64,000 bases of DNA from Thermoplasmatota archaeon (GTDB taxonomy: Archaea; Thermoplasmatota; Penumbrarchaeia; Penumbrarchaeales; EX4484-36). The first letter of the stretch is position 1, and every line of letters begins with the position of its first letter. The position numbers and the translations under genes are program-made. Location: the NCBI GenBank assembly GCA_029932465.1, contig JAOZQA010000004.1, positions 7,980-71,979 of the forward strand, given 5' to 3'. Of the stretch, positions 10,414 through 20,200 are shown one piece after another. The notes beneath the pieces were generated by a model that was not told the origin of the DNA, ran no database searches, and worked only from the letters and a program-made list of their open reading frames with translations.

Positions 10414-11397
10414 CTACCTGCCGAGCTCTTTAAGCAGCATGACGTGCTCCTCCTCCGTTATCCCCAGAGTCTTCTTCAGCATAAGGATGAGGGCCAGTTC
10501 GTCCCTGCTGACGTGCCCATCCTTCAGAGCCTCTTGAAGTGCGGTCCGGTATATACTGAGCTTCTCCATCTCTCTCTTCTCCTTGCCTCCTCTGGGGAGA
10601 GACTTAAGGATCTCCTCCCTCCTTTTATCGGGTATGCCCAGGACGTTCAGAAGGCTCACTATTATGGCTTCCTCATCTGAGGTAATTCTCCCATCCTTAA
10701 GGGCTGTTTTTATTACAGTGTCCAGGATTCTCTCTGAGCTCAATCCGTCTGTGCACTCCTTGAGAACTTCTTCCTCCAGACGCCGGTGCTCCTCCTCAGT
10801 CACCTTCAGCTCCCGCCGTGCCTCCTTCAGCAGTTCGGCCTCGTCCCTTGTAAGCTTTCCGTCCTCCCATGCCTTTTTGAGGATGTTTCTGTAAACGTCA
10901 AGCCTCCGGTCCTCACTCTCCCTCCCGGGAGAGATTCTCTTAGCTTCTTCGATCTCACGCTCCCCGGTAGCCTCTGCGGCTTCCTCCTTACCCTCCATTT
11001 CCATGAGGACCTGAAGAGGTGTCTTACTTGCCTGGTGGGTGAAACAGTACTCCATGAAGGGAATGCTCCTTATCTTCCCCTTCTCCTTAACAACAACCAT
11101 CTTCCCGCTCAGGCTTTTGATTATCTTCCTAGCTTCAACACGCCCCTCGTCTGTCAGGAAATAGACCCTCAGCCTCTGCCTGGCACCTCTCACGTGGGAG
11201 AGCCTCTCCTTAACAAGCCCCTTCTCAATGAGCTTCTTAAGTGACCTGGGAACGTGCTTCCTCTGTATGAAGGCACCTTTGGAGATGCCCTCCTGAGTCA
11301 CCTGTGGTGGGACCTCAAACTCGTCCTCATATTGCACATAATCGTACAGATGAAACAGGATTCGTTCTTCCGCCGTCAAAGAATATCTTCTGCCCAC
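10414..11397 (-). CDS. Winged-helix transcriptional regulator with three C-terminal TerB-like helical repeats
   Basis: 327 aa. The N-terminus is wHTH-like (GISKGAFIQRKHVPRSLKKLIEKGLVKER...RVYFLTDEGR). Three repeats follow with the pattern Y+..L..A..DG.++.DE..++..L...LGIT.EEH..L.E (RRLDVYRNILKKAWEDGKLTRDEAELL.., ERILDTVIKTALKDGRITSDEEAIIVSLL.., EKLSIYRTALQEALKDGHVSRDELALILML..). Confidence 0.65.
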   Translation of the reverse strand: MGRRYSLTAEERILFHLYDYVQYEDEFEVPPQVTQEGISKGAFIQRKHVPRSLKKLIEKGLVKERLSHVRGARQRLRVYFLTDEGRVEARKIIKSLSGKMVVVKEKGKIRSIPFMEYCFTHQASKTPLQVLMEMEGKEEAAEATGEREIEEAKRISPGRESEDRRLDVYRNILKKAWEDGKLTRDEAELLKEARRELKVTEEEHRRLEEEVLKECTDGLSSERILDTVIKTALKDGRITSDEEAIIVSLLNVLGIPDKRREEILKSLPRGGKEKREMEKLSIYRTALQEALKDGHVSRDELALILMLKKTLGITEEEHVMLLKELGR

Positions 11398-11442
11398 GAA
11401 TGAAGAAAAAGGAGGGGGGTTTTAAATCTTATTATGAACCCC

Positions 11443-12558
11443 CTATTCTTTCCTTTCTTTCTCCTTTCTAACGCCCTTTTCGGAGAGAATGGCTGAGATG
11501 TCCATCTCGTCCTTCTTCATCTCCTCTTCAAATCTCTCTCTTTCTTCAGCGAACTCCTCCATGGAGGGGATGGGTCCCAGTACGTCCTCGCTCTTCCCGA
11601 CGATCTCCTCCAGCTTCTCTGGAGGCATCTCCCGCACTTCCGGTATCTCGCGCCTGCCTTTGCCGATGTATTCTGAGGCGCTCTCTATGAGGCGGGAGAC
11701 CTCAAACGGGAAGATGATCTTGGTGGCCTTTCCGTTGGCCACCCTGCTTAGGGTGTCCAGGGAGAGGAAGGTCAGAGCCTTCTTGTCCAGCACCGCCGCT
11801 CCTAAGGAGAGTATTCTCAGCCTCTGGGCCTCGCCCTGGGCGGTGAGGATCTTGGCCATCCTCTCTCCCTCCGCCTCCAGTATGGCCGCCTGTCTCCTTC
11901 CCTCAGCCTGAAGGATCCTGGCCCTCTTCATACCCTCCGCCTCCAGTATGGCTGCCCTCTTCTTACCATCCGCTCTTAATATGGCAGCCCTTCTCTCCCT
12001 CTCGGAGGCGGTCTGCTCCTCCATGGCGGCCTTCACGGGGCCGGAGGGATCAACCTCCTTAATCTCCACGTTCTCAACCTTCACCCCCCACTTGTCAGTC
12101 TCCCTGTCAATTATGTCCCTGAGCTTTGCATTTATGACATCCCTGTTGTAGAAAACCTCATCCAGCTCCATGTTACCAATTATGGCCCTTAAAGTGGTCT
12201 GGGCAAACTTCACTGTGGCAATTCTGTAGTCCTGAACGTTGTAAATGGCTTTTCTGGGGTCTACAACTTTGATATATATAACGGCATCCACCTTCGTGGG
12301 TGAGTTGTCTTTGGTTATGACCTCCTGGGGAGGAACGTCAAGGGTCTGGGTTCTCACATCTACTCTATGTATTTTACTTATAAAGGGTGCTATCATGTTA
12401 AAACCTTGGTAGAGTGTTTTCTTGTACTTACCCAGTTTTTCATAGAGGACCTCTTCGTAGGGCGGTACGATCACTATGGAGCTCCTCAGGGCCGCCATAA
12501 AGACCATAAAGATAATAAAAACCAAAAGCCAAACGAAGTAGCCAAGCATATTATTCAC
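11443..12558 (-). CDS. Stomatin/band-7 (SPFH) family protein with a C-terminal coiled-coil repeat
   Basis: 371 aa. N-terminal TM, SPFH core, then repeated AAILEAEG-type heptads encoded by a visible DNA tandem repeat at about 11860..12000. Confidence 0.85.
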   Translation of the reverse strand: MNNMLGYFVWLLVFIIFMVFMAALRSSIVIVPPYEEVLYEKLGKYKKTLYQGFNMIAPFISKIHRVDVRTQTLDVPPQEVITKDNSPTKVDAVIYIKVVDPRKAIYNVQDYRIATVKFAQTTLRAIIGNMELDEVFYNRDVINAKLRDIIDRETDKWGVKVENVEIKEVDPSGPVKAAMEEQTASERERRAAILRADGKKRAAILEAEGMKRARILQAEGRRQAAILEAEGERMAKILTAQGEAQRLRILSLGAAVLDKKALTFLSLDTLSRVANGKATKIIFPFEVSRLIESASEYIGKGRREIPEVREMPPEKLEEIVGKSEDVLGPIPSMEEFAEERERFEEEMKKDEMDISAILSEKGVRKEKERKE

Positions 12559-12592
12559 CTCATCATCTCAATTTTTAAGGCAACCGTGCGTC

Positions 12593-13207
12593 TCACTCAT
12601 AAATCACCTTCACAACCATGAGCTCCTCAAGAGCTCTTCTCCTTTTATTATACATTTCTTCTAATTTAATCTTCTCCTTGGGATCCCTTGGTACCACATC
12701 CTTGACGTCCATGGCTTCCACACTGACTCCCCACTCCGCACACACCTTTTTAGACTCTTCGACACTGCGGACCGCCAAAATCTCCCTGTTTAAGTATATA
12801 TCCTCAAGTTCCATCTCTGCCGCCACATCTTTTATAGCCTTCTGAACAGCTCTCTTGGTGGCCTGAAGGTAGTATTCATGGTGATAGTGAGCTTTTACTG
12901 GATCCTCCACCTTTACGAAGGCAGTAGCTTCAAGGGTGAAGGGCCTCATATCCTTGGAGTAGAGGTTCATGGGCGGAAGGTTCAGGGTCTGAGTCCTTAT
13001 GTCAACAGGGTGGAGGGAGCGGAAGAGCGGGGTGACAAAGTGCAGTCCCGGGGTATCGAGCACTCTCACAAAACCCCCTCTTTTCTCACAGATCACCACT
13101 TGGTAAGGCCACACTATGAGCACGCTTCTCTTCAACAGTACCGGAATCAAAATGAGTACAACTATTATCAGAATCCAGAGGGTTAGAGTAAGCAGAGCGG
13201 AGCTCAA
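12593..13207 (-). CDS. Short SPFH-domain paralog (N-terminal TM plus SPFH core)
   Basis: 204 aa. TM helix followed by a band-7 core; overlaps the next gene by 4 nt. Confidence 0.65.
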   Translation of the reverse strand: MSSALLTLTLWILIIVVLILIPVLLKRSVLIVWPYQVVICEKRGGFVRVLDTPGLHFVTPLFRSLHPVDIRTQTLNLPPMNLYSKDMRPFTLEATAFVKVEDPVKAHYHHEYYLQATKRAVQKAIKDVAAEMELEDIYLNREILAVRSVEESKKVCAEWGVSVEAMDVKDVVPRDPKEKIKLEEMYNKRRRALEELMVVKVIYE

Positions 13208-13812
13208 TTCTCTCCCCCTCCTCTCACAACGACCACTCTTGTCCCCCTCGGGAGCCTTCTTCTGTATTCATGGTCCTTCGCCAGTCTCTCGGCCACCTGG
13301 CCGATTATCTCTATCTCCCTTATGCGGACCTCCTCAACATCTATTCCCCATTTGGTGCACTCCTCCTTAAGAACCTCCATTATCTTTCTGTTCAGCTTAT
13401 GAACCTTCATAACAGCCTCCTCGGTCTCCATCCCGCCTACGATCGCCCTTGTGATGACTCCGGCAAATTTGTTAAGTGCAAGATGAGGGTCTTCAACTTC
13501 ATATTTTGCCTTCATCGGGTCGCTGACTCTGTAGCGAATCTTCACTGCCACCCTCACTGGGGTGTTATCCGTCAGAATACATTCACATTGCAAATCCTCT
13601 ATCGTTTTCTCCGTTGTGTCAATGAAATAGACCTTACTTATGAATGGAGCAACGAGATGGACCCCGGGGGGAAGAGTGCCTACTGGGTGGCCCAGTTTCT
13701 CGTATATTCCAACGTGACCCAGGGGCACTTTAACTATTGAAGAGGCGAGCATTATGAGAAGTACCAAAAGAAAAACTACAGACACTGTTAATAGGGCGGC
13801 GGAGAGGCTCAA
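13204..13812 (-). CDS. Short SPFH-domain paralog (N-terminal TM plus SPFH core)
   Basis: 202 aa. TM helix plus band-7 core (VKVPLGHVGIYEKLG...); overlaps the downstream SPFH gene by 4 nt. Confidence 0.65.
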   Translation of the reverse strand: MSLSAALLTVSVVFLLVLLIMLASSIVKVPLGHVGIYEKLGHPVGTLPPGVHLVAPFISKVYFIDTTEKTIEDLQCECILTDNTPVRVAVKIRYRVSDPMKAKYEVEDPHLALNKFAGVITRAIVGGMETEEAVMKVHKLNRKIMEVLKEECTKWGIDVEEVRIREIEIIGQVAERLAKDHEYRRRLPRGTRVVVVRGGGEN

Positions 13813-13821
13813 GGGCCCACC

Positions 13822-14370
13822 TCACTTCTTCTTCACACGGAGGTGTACACCCTCTCCCCCGACCACAACCACTTTGGTCCCCGGAGGTAAGGGTTCATCG
13901 GAGGTGGCGGCCCAGTCCTCCCCAGAAACTCTTACCCTCCCCTTTGTGGGATCATCAGGGTCGGTCTCTTTTATAACAATACCCTCCTTACCGATCATTG
14001 AATTTGTGGTGGGGGTAATTGTTGGTTCAGGCTTTCCAGCGATGATCTGGTAAAACTTGATTGTGAAGGCTGTGGAGGCCAGAAGGGCAACGATAACTAT
14101 TATGGGTGTGTATAAGCTGAGGAACATCGCCGGTGCAATCAGCCCGAAGACCCCCAAAATGATAAATATGGTGCCTGGGATTATAATAAAATATCCGGGA
14201 GTGGAGGCCTCAACGGCCACAAGAATGAGACCGAGTACCAAAAGGATTATGGAGACATAGTGGGGGTCAAAGGAACCAGAAGATGTGGTATTGTTGGTGG
14301 CCATAACCCATATCGAAAGAATCAGGGGGAAGAATCCGAAACCCTTCTTTGGGAGCATATCAATACCCAA
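13822..14370 (-). CDS. NfeD-like membrane protein (short form, C-terminal OB-fold, no protease domain)
   Basis: 182 aa. Multiple TM helices, then GRVRVSGEDWAATSDEPLPPGTKVVVVGGEGVHLRVKK (NfeD beta-barrel). It is the first gene of the nfeD-SPFH operon. Confidence 0.75.
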   Translation of the reverse strand: MGIDMLPKKGFGFFPLILSIWVMATNNTTSSGSFDPHYVSIILLVLGLILVAVEASTPGYFIIIPGTIFIILGVFGLIAPAMFLSLYTPIIVIVALLASTAFTIKFYQIIAGKPEPTITPTTNSMIGKEGIVIKETDPDDPTKGRVRVSGEDWAATSDEPLPPGTKVVVVGGEGVHLRVKKK

Positions 14371-14435
14371 TTAAGAGTATAACAATTGATTTATTTAAAC
14401 TCTCCTGAATAACCCCCCCAACGCATGGAAATTCC

Positions 14436-14460
14436 CAAAAGGGTTATTAATAGATGCTCA
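14436..14460 (+). promoter_or_regulatory. TATA-like element (TTATTAATA) about 30 nt upstream of the NMD3 ATG, in a divergent intergenic region shared with nfeD
   Basis: A/T-rich aaagggttattaatagatg at 14440..14458. Confidence 0.3.
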
Positions 14461-14482
14461 TACGGAGGAGCAGGTAACGAAA

Positions 14483-15523
14483 ATGACAGAAGAGAAAATA
14501 GAGCAAGGAACCTGCCTGAGGTGCGGCAGGGTGGCCACTCTGCACAGAGGCCTGTGCATAGACTGCTTCAGAAAAAGCTCCGAGATATTCACTATTCCCG
14601 ATTATATAGATTTAACCGTGTGCCGCTCCTGTGGAGCGCAGCTTAAGGGAAAGCACTGGGAATACGGTGGAGAACTGAAGGACATAATAGAGGACGAGAT
14701 CCACTCATCCCTGGAGGAGCTCTCCGGAGTTGAGGTGTCCTTGGAGGATATAGAGATGCGCAGGGGAGGGGAGGGTTTATATCACGTAGAGGTCAGGGCA
14801 GTGGCGCTCTTCCCCGGGGGTGGTGTGATACCCACCCGGAAGGCTTTGACGGTGAGGGTGAAGAGCTCTCTCTGTCCCCGTTGCAGCAGGATTCATGGCT
14901 CCTATTATGAGGCCATAATACAGGTTAGAGGCAGCGGAAAGGACCTCCTGAGGCAGGAAGAGGCGGTGGATAGGGTACTTGAACGGGTTGACCAGATAGC
15001 CCGGGGAGACCCCATGACCTTTGTCACCAAGCTAGTCAAGGTGAGGGGGGGGTGGGACATCTACGTTGGGAGGAACCAGAGTGCTCGCAGGATCGCCCAG
15101 GAGATGCACAGACTCTATGGGGGAGATTATAAGGTCTCCTCAAAGCTGGTCGGCAGACGGGAGGGGAGAGAGCTGAAACGTTTCACGTACCTCGTCAGGC
15201 TCCCTCCCTGGAGAAGGGGGGATTACCTCCTCAAAGACGGCACTCCTCACAGGATAGAGGGATTTCAGGGCAGGAGGGTAAAGCTAAAGAACATCGAGAC
15301 CCGGCGGGAGGAGAGCGTTGAGATATCCTCTGTTGAGACCCTTGCCCACTACCCCTCAAAGGAGGTTGAAATGGAGGCCACTGTTCTCTACACCAGTGAG
15401 CGAGAGATAGTAATAATGGATCCCGTGAGCTTCGCTGAGGTCAACATCAAAAAGCCCCCGGGGTGGAAGAGAAGAGAAAGCGTCAAAGTGGTTAGGGTAG
15501 ATGGGGGGATATATCTCCTTTAG
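14483..15523 (+). CDS. NMD3-family ribosomal large-subunit export/maturation factor homolog
   Basis: 346 aa. N-terminal zinc-binding CLRCGR...CIDCF...CRSCG...CPRCSR motifs typical of archaeal NMD3. Confidence 0.8.
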   Translation: MTEEKIEQGTCLRCGRVATLHRGLCIDCFRKSSEIFTIPDYIDLTVCRSCGAQLKGKHWEYGGELKDIIEDEIHSSLEELSGVEVSLEDIEMRRGGEGLYHVEVRAVALFPGGGVIPTRKALTVRVKSSLCPRCSRIHGSYYEAIIQVRGSGKDLLRQEEAVDRVLERVDQIARGDPMTFVTKLVKVRGGWDIYVGRNQSARRIAQEMHRLYGGDYKVSSKLVGRREGRELKRFTYLVRLPPWRRGDYLLKDGTPHRIEGFQGRRVKLKNIETRREESVEISSVETLAHYPSKEVEMEATVLYTSEREIVIMDPVSFAEVNIKKPPGWKRRESVKVVRVDGGIYLL

Positions 15524-16389
15524 ACGTAGACCCTGACCTCCGCCGTTATGATGTTCAATACCAAGGAGTCCACGGAGTCTATCCGTAGCGTTAGAAGCTC
15601 CTCTCCCCCCGAGGGGCTAGAGAGGGTGACGTTGTATTCGCTCTCCGTTAAGCCCTCTGCGGAGAGCTCATCCTCAAGATAGCTCACAACCGCAGAACCG
15701 TATCCCTCCGGGAAGGAGATGCTGACCAGAAGGGTCTGACCCCCTTCGAAGTCATAGGTTGTGTGGAAAGTGGTTACGGCCCTCACCTCTATGAGGGCGT
15801 TGGAAGAGGAGCCGTGAGTGGAGCTCTCCCCGTCGAAGGAAACCAGATTCACCTTCAGGGACCTGAGGGTTCCGCCCCCCGGGGCTGGACTGTGGGTGAG
15901 AAATACCTCGGGGGGCGCTTTGAGGACGAGAGAGTCTCCCTGCTTCATCACAATTGCCCCCTGCTGATAGAGCAGGCTGTAGTCCTCGATGTAGCCGTTG
16001 TCCGCGGTGTATAGAATATATCCCACGCCCCTGCCATAGATTGTGCTGCCAGTGGAGTCGGTGACCTCACACTGACCACTAGCGGTAATCACGTCCATGG
16101 AGCCCCACACTCTGCCGGTGCCAAAGAGGGCACCCCCAGGGCTGCCCATGGAGAATACTGAGGAGGAGACCGCTCCCTCAACGCCGAGGACGTTCTGCTC
16201 CTCTATTATGGACCTGAGATTATAAATCTGAGTTACGGTATCCTCCATGTGCCTGCTCTCCACATCCTTTCCCCATGCGGGAAGGTATATCTCCATGACT
16301 GTCCCTACCACTGAGAGGGTTATCGCCAGGAGCATTATGGAGGAGATGACGTTCGTCACGCCTTCATCTCGTCTTACAATCCGCTTCAT
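15520..16389 (-). CDS. Pilin-like protein with an archaeal class III (type IV prepilin-like) signal peptide
   Basis: 289 aa. N-terminus MKRIVRRDEG|VTNVISSIMLLAITLSVVGTVM: basic region, G-V-T cleavage context, then a hydrophobic helix. It is the last gene of the giant-adhesin operon. Confidence 0.65.
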   Translation of the reverse strand: MKRIVRRDEGVTNVISSIMLLAITLSVVGTVMEIYLPAWGKDVESRHMEDTVTQIYNLRSIIEEQNVLGVEGAVSSSVFSMGSPGGALFGTGRVWGSMDVITASGQCEVTDSTGSTIYGRGVGYILYTADNGYIEDYSLLYQQGAIVMKQGDSLVLKAPPEVFLTHSPAPGGGTLRSLKVNLVSFDGESSTHGSSSNALIEVRAVTTFHTTYDFEGGQTLLVSISFPEGYGSAVVSYLEDELSAEGLTESEYNVTLSSPSGGEELLTLRIDSVDSLVLNIITAEVRVYV

Positions 16390-16390
16390 C

Positions 16391-17290
16391 TTACAGCCTC
16401 CTCAGATCTATCTCGATCACGGTGAGGGAGATTCGGACCCCTGTGATGCTGGGCATTTCCATCTCAGCCCCAGTCCCACTGTCAGTGAAGAAGAACTCTC
16501 CTGGATTAGGGTTTGGGGTGGGGTCCACCTCCGCCATCCCTTGGGCCTCTGCCGATCTTTTAAGTTCAAGAAGGGCGAGTCTCCCTAAAGGGCTTCCGCT
16601 AACTAGTTTCAGGTCCCCAGAACCGAGTGTGACATCCTGGGCTGACTTCAATGTGATTGTGATAGAGGCTGTTGTGAATCCTTCCACCTTCTGAAAGTCT
16701 CCAGTCAATGTGACAATCTCCAAAATGAGCCAGGTCTCACCACCCCCGTACTCGATCCTCCACGAAGGCTCTTTCAACATTCCCGTCCCATAGGGATCCA
16801 GGTAGAAGACCCCCCCCGCAGCGTAGGAATAGGAGATGGGGGATGTATAACGGTAGTTAGCTGTGAGGTTCAGATATCCGGCGGATACGGCGTAATTGAC
16901 CTCGTTCAAGAAAATCTCTAGCACCTTCTCCTCCGGTGTAAGCTCTATGCTCCCCACAGCCCTACTTGTGGCTGTGGTGCTTCTTCCCCAGGTACCCAGC
17001 CTCACTGGGAAGCTCATAACATCCCCCTCTGTGCCGTATAGGGAGAGTGTGTCCACTGCTCCGGATATCCTGAGGGCGGTTTCTTCAAGGGAGGCCTGGT
17101 GTACCATCTCCTCCCTGAGGCCATAGTTCTTCCCTGCTACAATAAGGTAACCGCTTGCCACCATGAGGGCGGCGGTTAGGATGAATATTCCTGTGACCAC
17201 AGTGGAGACTCCGTCCACATTCCGCCTAGCACTTCTCAAAGCTCCACCCCCTGGGGGTCGCCATAGGTCTGCATCATTCTCTCCCACCAC
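16391..17290 (-). CDS. Pilin-like protein with an archaeal class III signal peptide
   Basis: 299 aa; contains RRNVDG|VSTVVTGIFILTAALMVASGYLIVAG. The annotated N-terminus overlaps the upstream giant gene by 55 nt, so the real start is probably a downstream alternative start codon. Confidence 0.55.
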   Translation of the reverse strand: MVGENDADLWRPPGGGALRSARRNVDGVSTVVTGIFILTAALMVASGYLIVAGKNYGLREEMVHQASLEETALRISGAVDTLSLYGTEGDVMSFPVRLGTWGRSTTATSRAVGSIELTPEEKVLEIFLNEVNYAVSAGYLNLTANYRYTSPISYSYAAGGVFYLDPYGTGMLKEPSWRIEYGGGETWLILEIVTLTGDFQKVEGFTTASITITLKSAQDVTLGSGDLKLVSGSPLGRLALLELKRSAEAQGMAEVDPTPNPNPGEFFFTDSGTGAEMEMPSITGVRISLTVIEIDLRRL

Positions 17291-20200
17291 TCAAGATAGA
17301 CGGTATCCCCGCAGCACTGCTCTGTGCCGGCATCCCTTGTACTTCCCTCCACACCGGTGAGGAGGGAGACACCATAGACAACTACATCGTCTATAAGAAC
17401 CCCCTTGATGTCGCTTGTGGGGTCCTCGTAGTGATTGTAGCCATCTTCATTTGTGGTGACTACCCTGAACCGGAGTAGGACTACGAACCCCCTCCAAGGG
17501 GTGAGGTCCACGCTCAGCCTGCTTAAAGTTGAGGCCTCAACCCATCCGTTTCCGGAGTCGATTCCCGTCATGCTCTTCCCTGACTCATTGTATTCGGAGC
17601 CCGAGACTCCCCAGCCCCACCTCACACCCAGGGTGATGGCAGTCCATGTGAGACCATTGTCAGCGGATACCTCAACCCTTACACAATCCGGTGGGGCTCC
17701 GGAGAGGCTGTTTATGTTAAACCTGGTGTAGAAAGAGAGGCGAGCCCACCTGGCGTTAGTTAGGTCTATAGGTCTTGTTATGAGGGAGTTGTCTATGCCG
17801 CTTTTAAGGTAATCGTCACCCCCCTCCCCATTATGGTTCCACCAGGCGTGGGTTCCGCTTCTAGACAGTTTTCCGATCTCCTCCCCTACAGCCTCGTAGA
17901 GCTCCCATTTGTCCGTTGCGGAAGCGTTTGCTGGGAGGGAATCAGACCTTGAAACCCTGATTTCAAGATCGTCTATCCACCAGCCGAAGCCTGTCCCCTG
18001 GCCATACTGCTTATAATAGAGCCGTACATATACCTCGTCCCTGGAGCTCTCGGGAACATACGGGAGCAGGTCCACCTTAGCAAACTCCCAGTCGAATGTC
18101 CCGGTTGAAGACTTTCCGTTCCAGCACCACAGGATTCTTCTTCCGAAATCGTCCCTCCAAATCACGGGCTGACCTTCGCTGTCTGTGAGAAGGAGGTTAC
18201 CGCTGTAAGATGTCAGAGGGGTGACATAGAGCCAGTCTATGTCAGAGGTGTTGTCAGGTCCGTCACCATCAGTGTCCACCCCCCTGAAACCCAACATGAC
18301 AACTCCTCCATTTTTGCCCGGCAGTATGTTATATTTATGCCAGAAGGTCAGATACGCGGAAGTGGAGCCAGAGATGGAGAAGGGACCCACTGTAAAGTAC
18401 TTGTCCTCGTTTCTCTCGAATGAACCGCCACCACTCCCACCGCCTCCAGTCATAAATGCCCAAAGGCCTCCCTCTGTGCTCCTACCGTTCACAATGTTCC
18501 TGGCGACCACCTTCCAGAAATATTCTGTATTCTCGTTCAGGGTGTAGGGTAAGCTGTAGTACTTCTCTGTAAGGCCAGAGGCTATGAGAGTCAGCGAGTC
18601 CTGCGAGAGGCCCAGGTAGACGTCATATCTTATATTCTCATTGTTGCCGCCCGGGTCATCACCACCACTCCATGAGAGGGTCAGGGTTGTGGGTACATCG
18701 AGCTCACCGTTTGGAGGATAGGGGTCCACTGGAGGTGTCGGGGCTTCCTCCCCCGGGGCGATCCTCTCTCCGGTGATTCTTATATCGTCTATATACCATC
18801 CCCTTTCCTTCACAGATTCATCCGAAGCGAAGTGGAACGCGATGTATATGTTGACCCCCTCGTAATCGGATGGGATGTTCACCGTGTATTGTCTCCACGT
18901 CCGGGCCCAGCTACTGGTTGAGCTGAATGCACCATCTCCGTTCTCATAGCACAGGGTATTATAGACAGAGGAGTCGCTTCTTATGGTATTGGGGTATCCT
19001 CCATCAGGGACCAGCTTGTGCCATGTCGAGCCATCGGTGGATATCTCCACGATCCCGCCGTCCCATCGGCTTTCTATATCATACCAAGCCCAGAAGGTGA
19101 GTGTGACCGAGGTGTACTGAAGAAGGCTTATCTGCGGGGAAACTAGTCTTACGTTTACCATGTTCCGATAGTTTTTACCGTCCCGAGTGCACCACGAATG
19201 GGAGGAAGAGTGAGACCTTTCGTCACCGATCTCCCATTCACTTGAGGGCTGACCCTGGATTGTCCATCCTATGTTTCCCCCCTCCACATCATCAGAGAAG
19301 ATGGTCTCTGTCTGTCTTGTATCCCCTCTTGTGTCCTCCTTAAAGGGGGAGGAACCTCCCCGGGTAACCTCCCCCCCGGAGACTATCTCCTCGGCTATCT
19401 CGCCGAAGACGTCTGAGAGGTGTGAGGGGTCATATACGTAGTAGTACTTGCCGTTGTTCTCACCACCCCCATTGGAGGAGTGTGCCAAGGCCCACAGGTC
19501 ATACTCAACCCTGTGGTATGAGCGCTCTGTGAGGACATCGTTCGTCTGCCAGTAGGTATTCCACGGGGGCGTGTCGCTATCTTCCTCCTCCGGATAATCC
19601 GGGTCATGATATCCGCTGGAGAGAAGCCCCACAGTGTAGATGGTAAAGGGGGCCATGAGAAGACCCTGACGATCTCCGGCACTGGTTCCAGCACTTGAAC
19701 TATAATAATAGTTCTCATAATATGTGTTCATCCACTGCCCCAGACTATTTGAGGGGTCCTCATAATCGTACCTTCCCGGACCGTATTCAAAATCCCTGTT
19801 GGCCTCACCATCTGTAAACACCAACATATATGGTATTCTCCCGGAGGGGGCAGGGTAAAGTTTACTGGCAGCGGCTCCCACAGTGTCGTAAAGAGGAGTC
19901 CACCCGTTGGCCCATAGTCCATCAATGGTATCGTTTAACGAGGCTTTGTTCTCTGACGTGCAGAAGGTCCAATCAACAAAGAGGTTTGGAGAGTTGGGTC
20001 CTTCGTTAGTGAAAGTATATATGGCGACTCTGTCGTAGGGCGTGAGGTAGCTTATGAACACCTTGGCCGCCTCCTTCAGGCGGTCTATCTTCCGCACCCC
20101 GCCCACTTCCCAGTCCATTGAACCAGAGGTGTCAAGAACCATGACGATATCTAGCGGGTTTCTTGATGTTCCCCCGGGGGGCTCATAGAGTCTGAAAGAC

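Noticed and set aside
11860-12010. Tandem DNA repeat (ctccgcctccagtatggc(c/t)gcc..., three copies of about 66 nt) that could be mistaken for a CRISPR-like or other non-coding repeat.
   Set aside because: It lies inside the stomatin gene and encodes the repeated AAILEAEG(M/R/E)(K/R)RA(R/A)IL coiled-coil heptads. There are no spacers and no leader, so it is a coding repeat.
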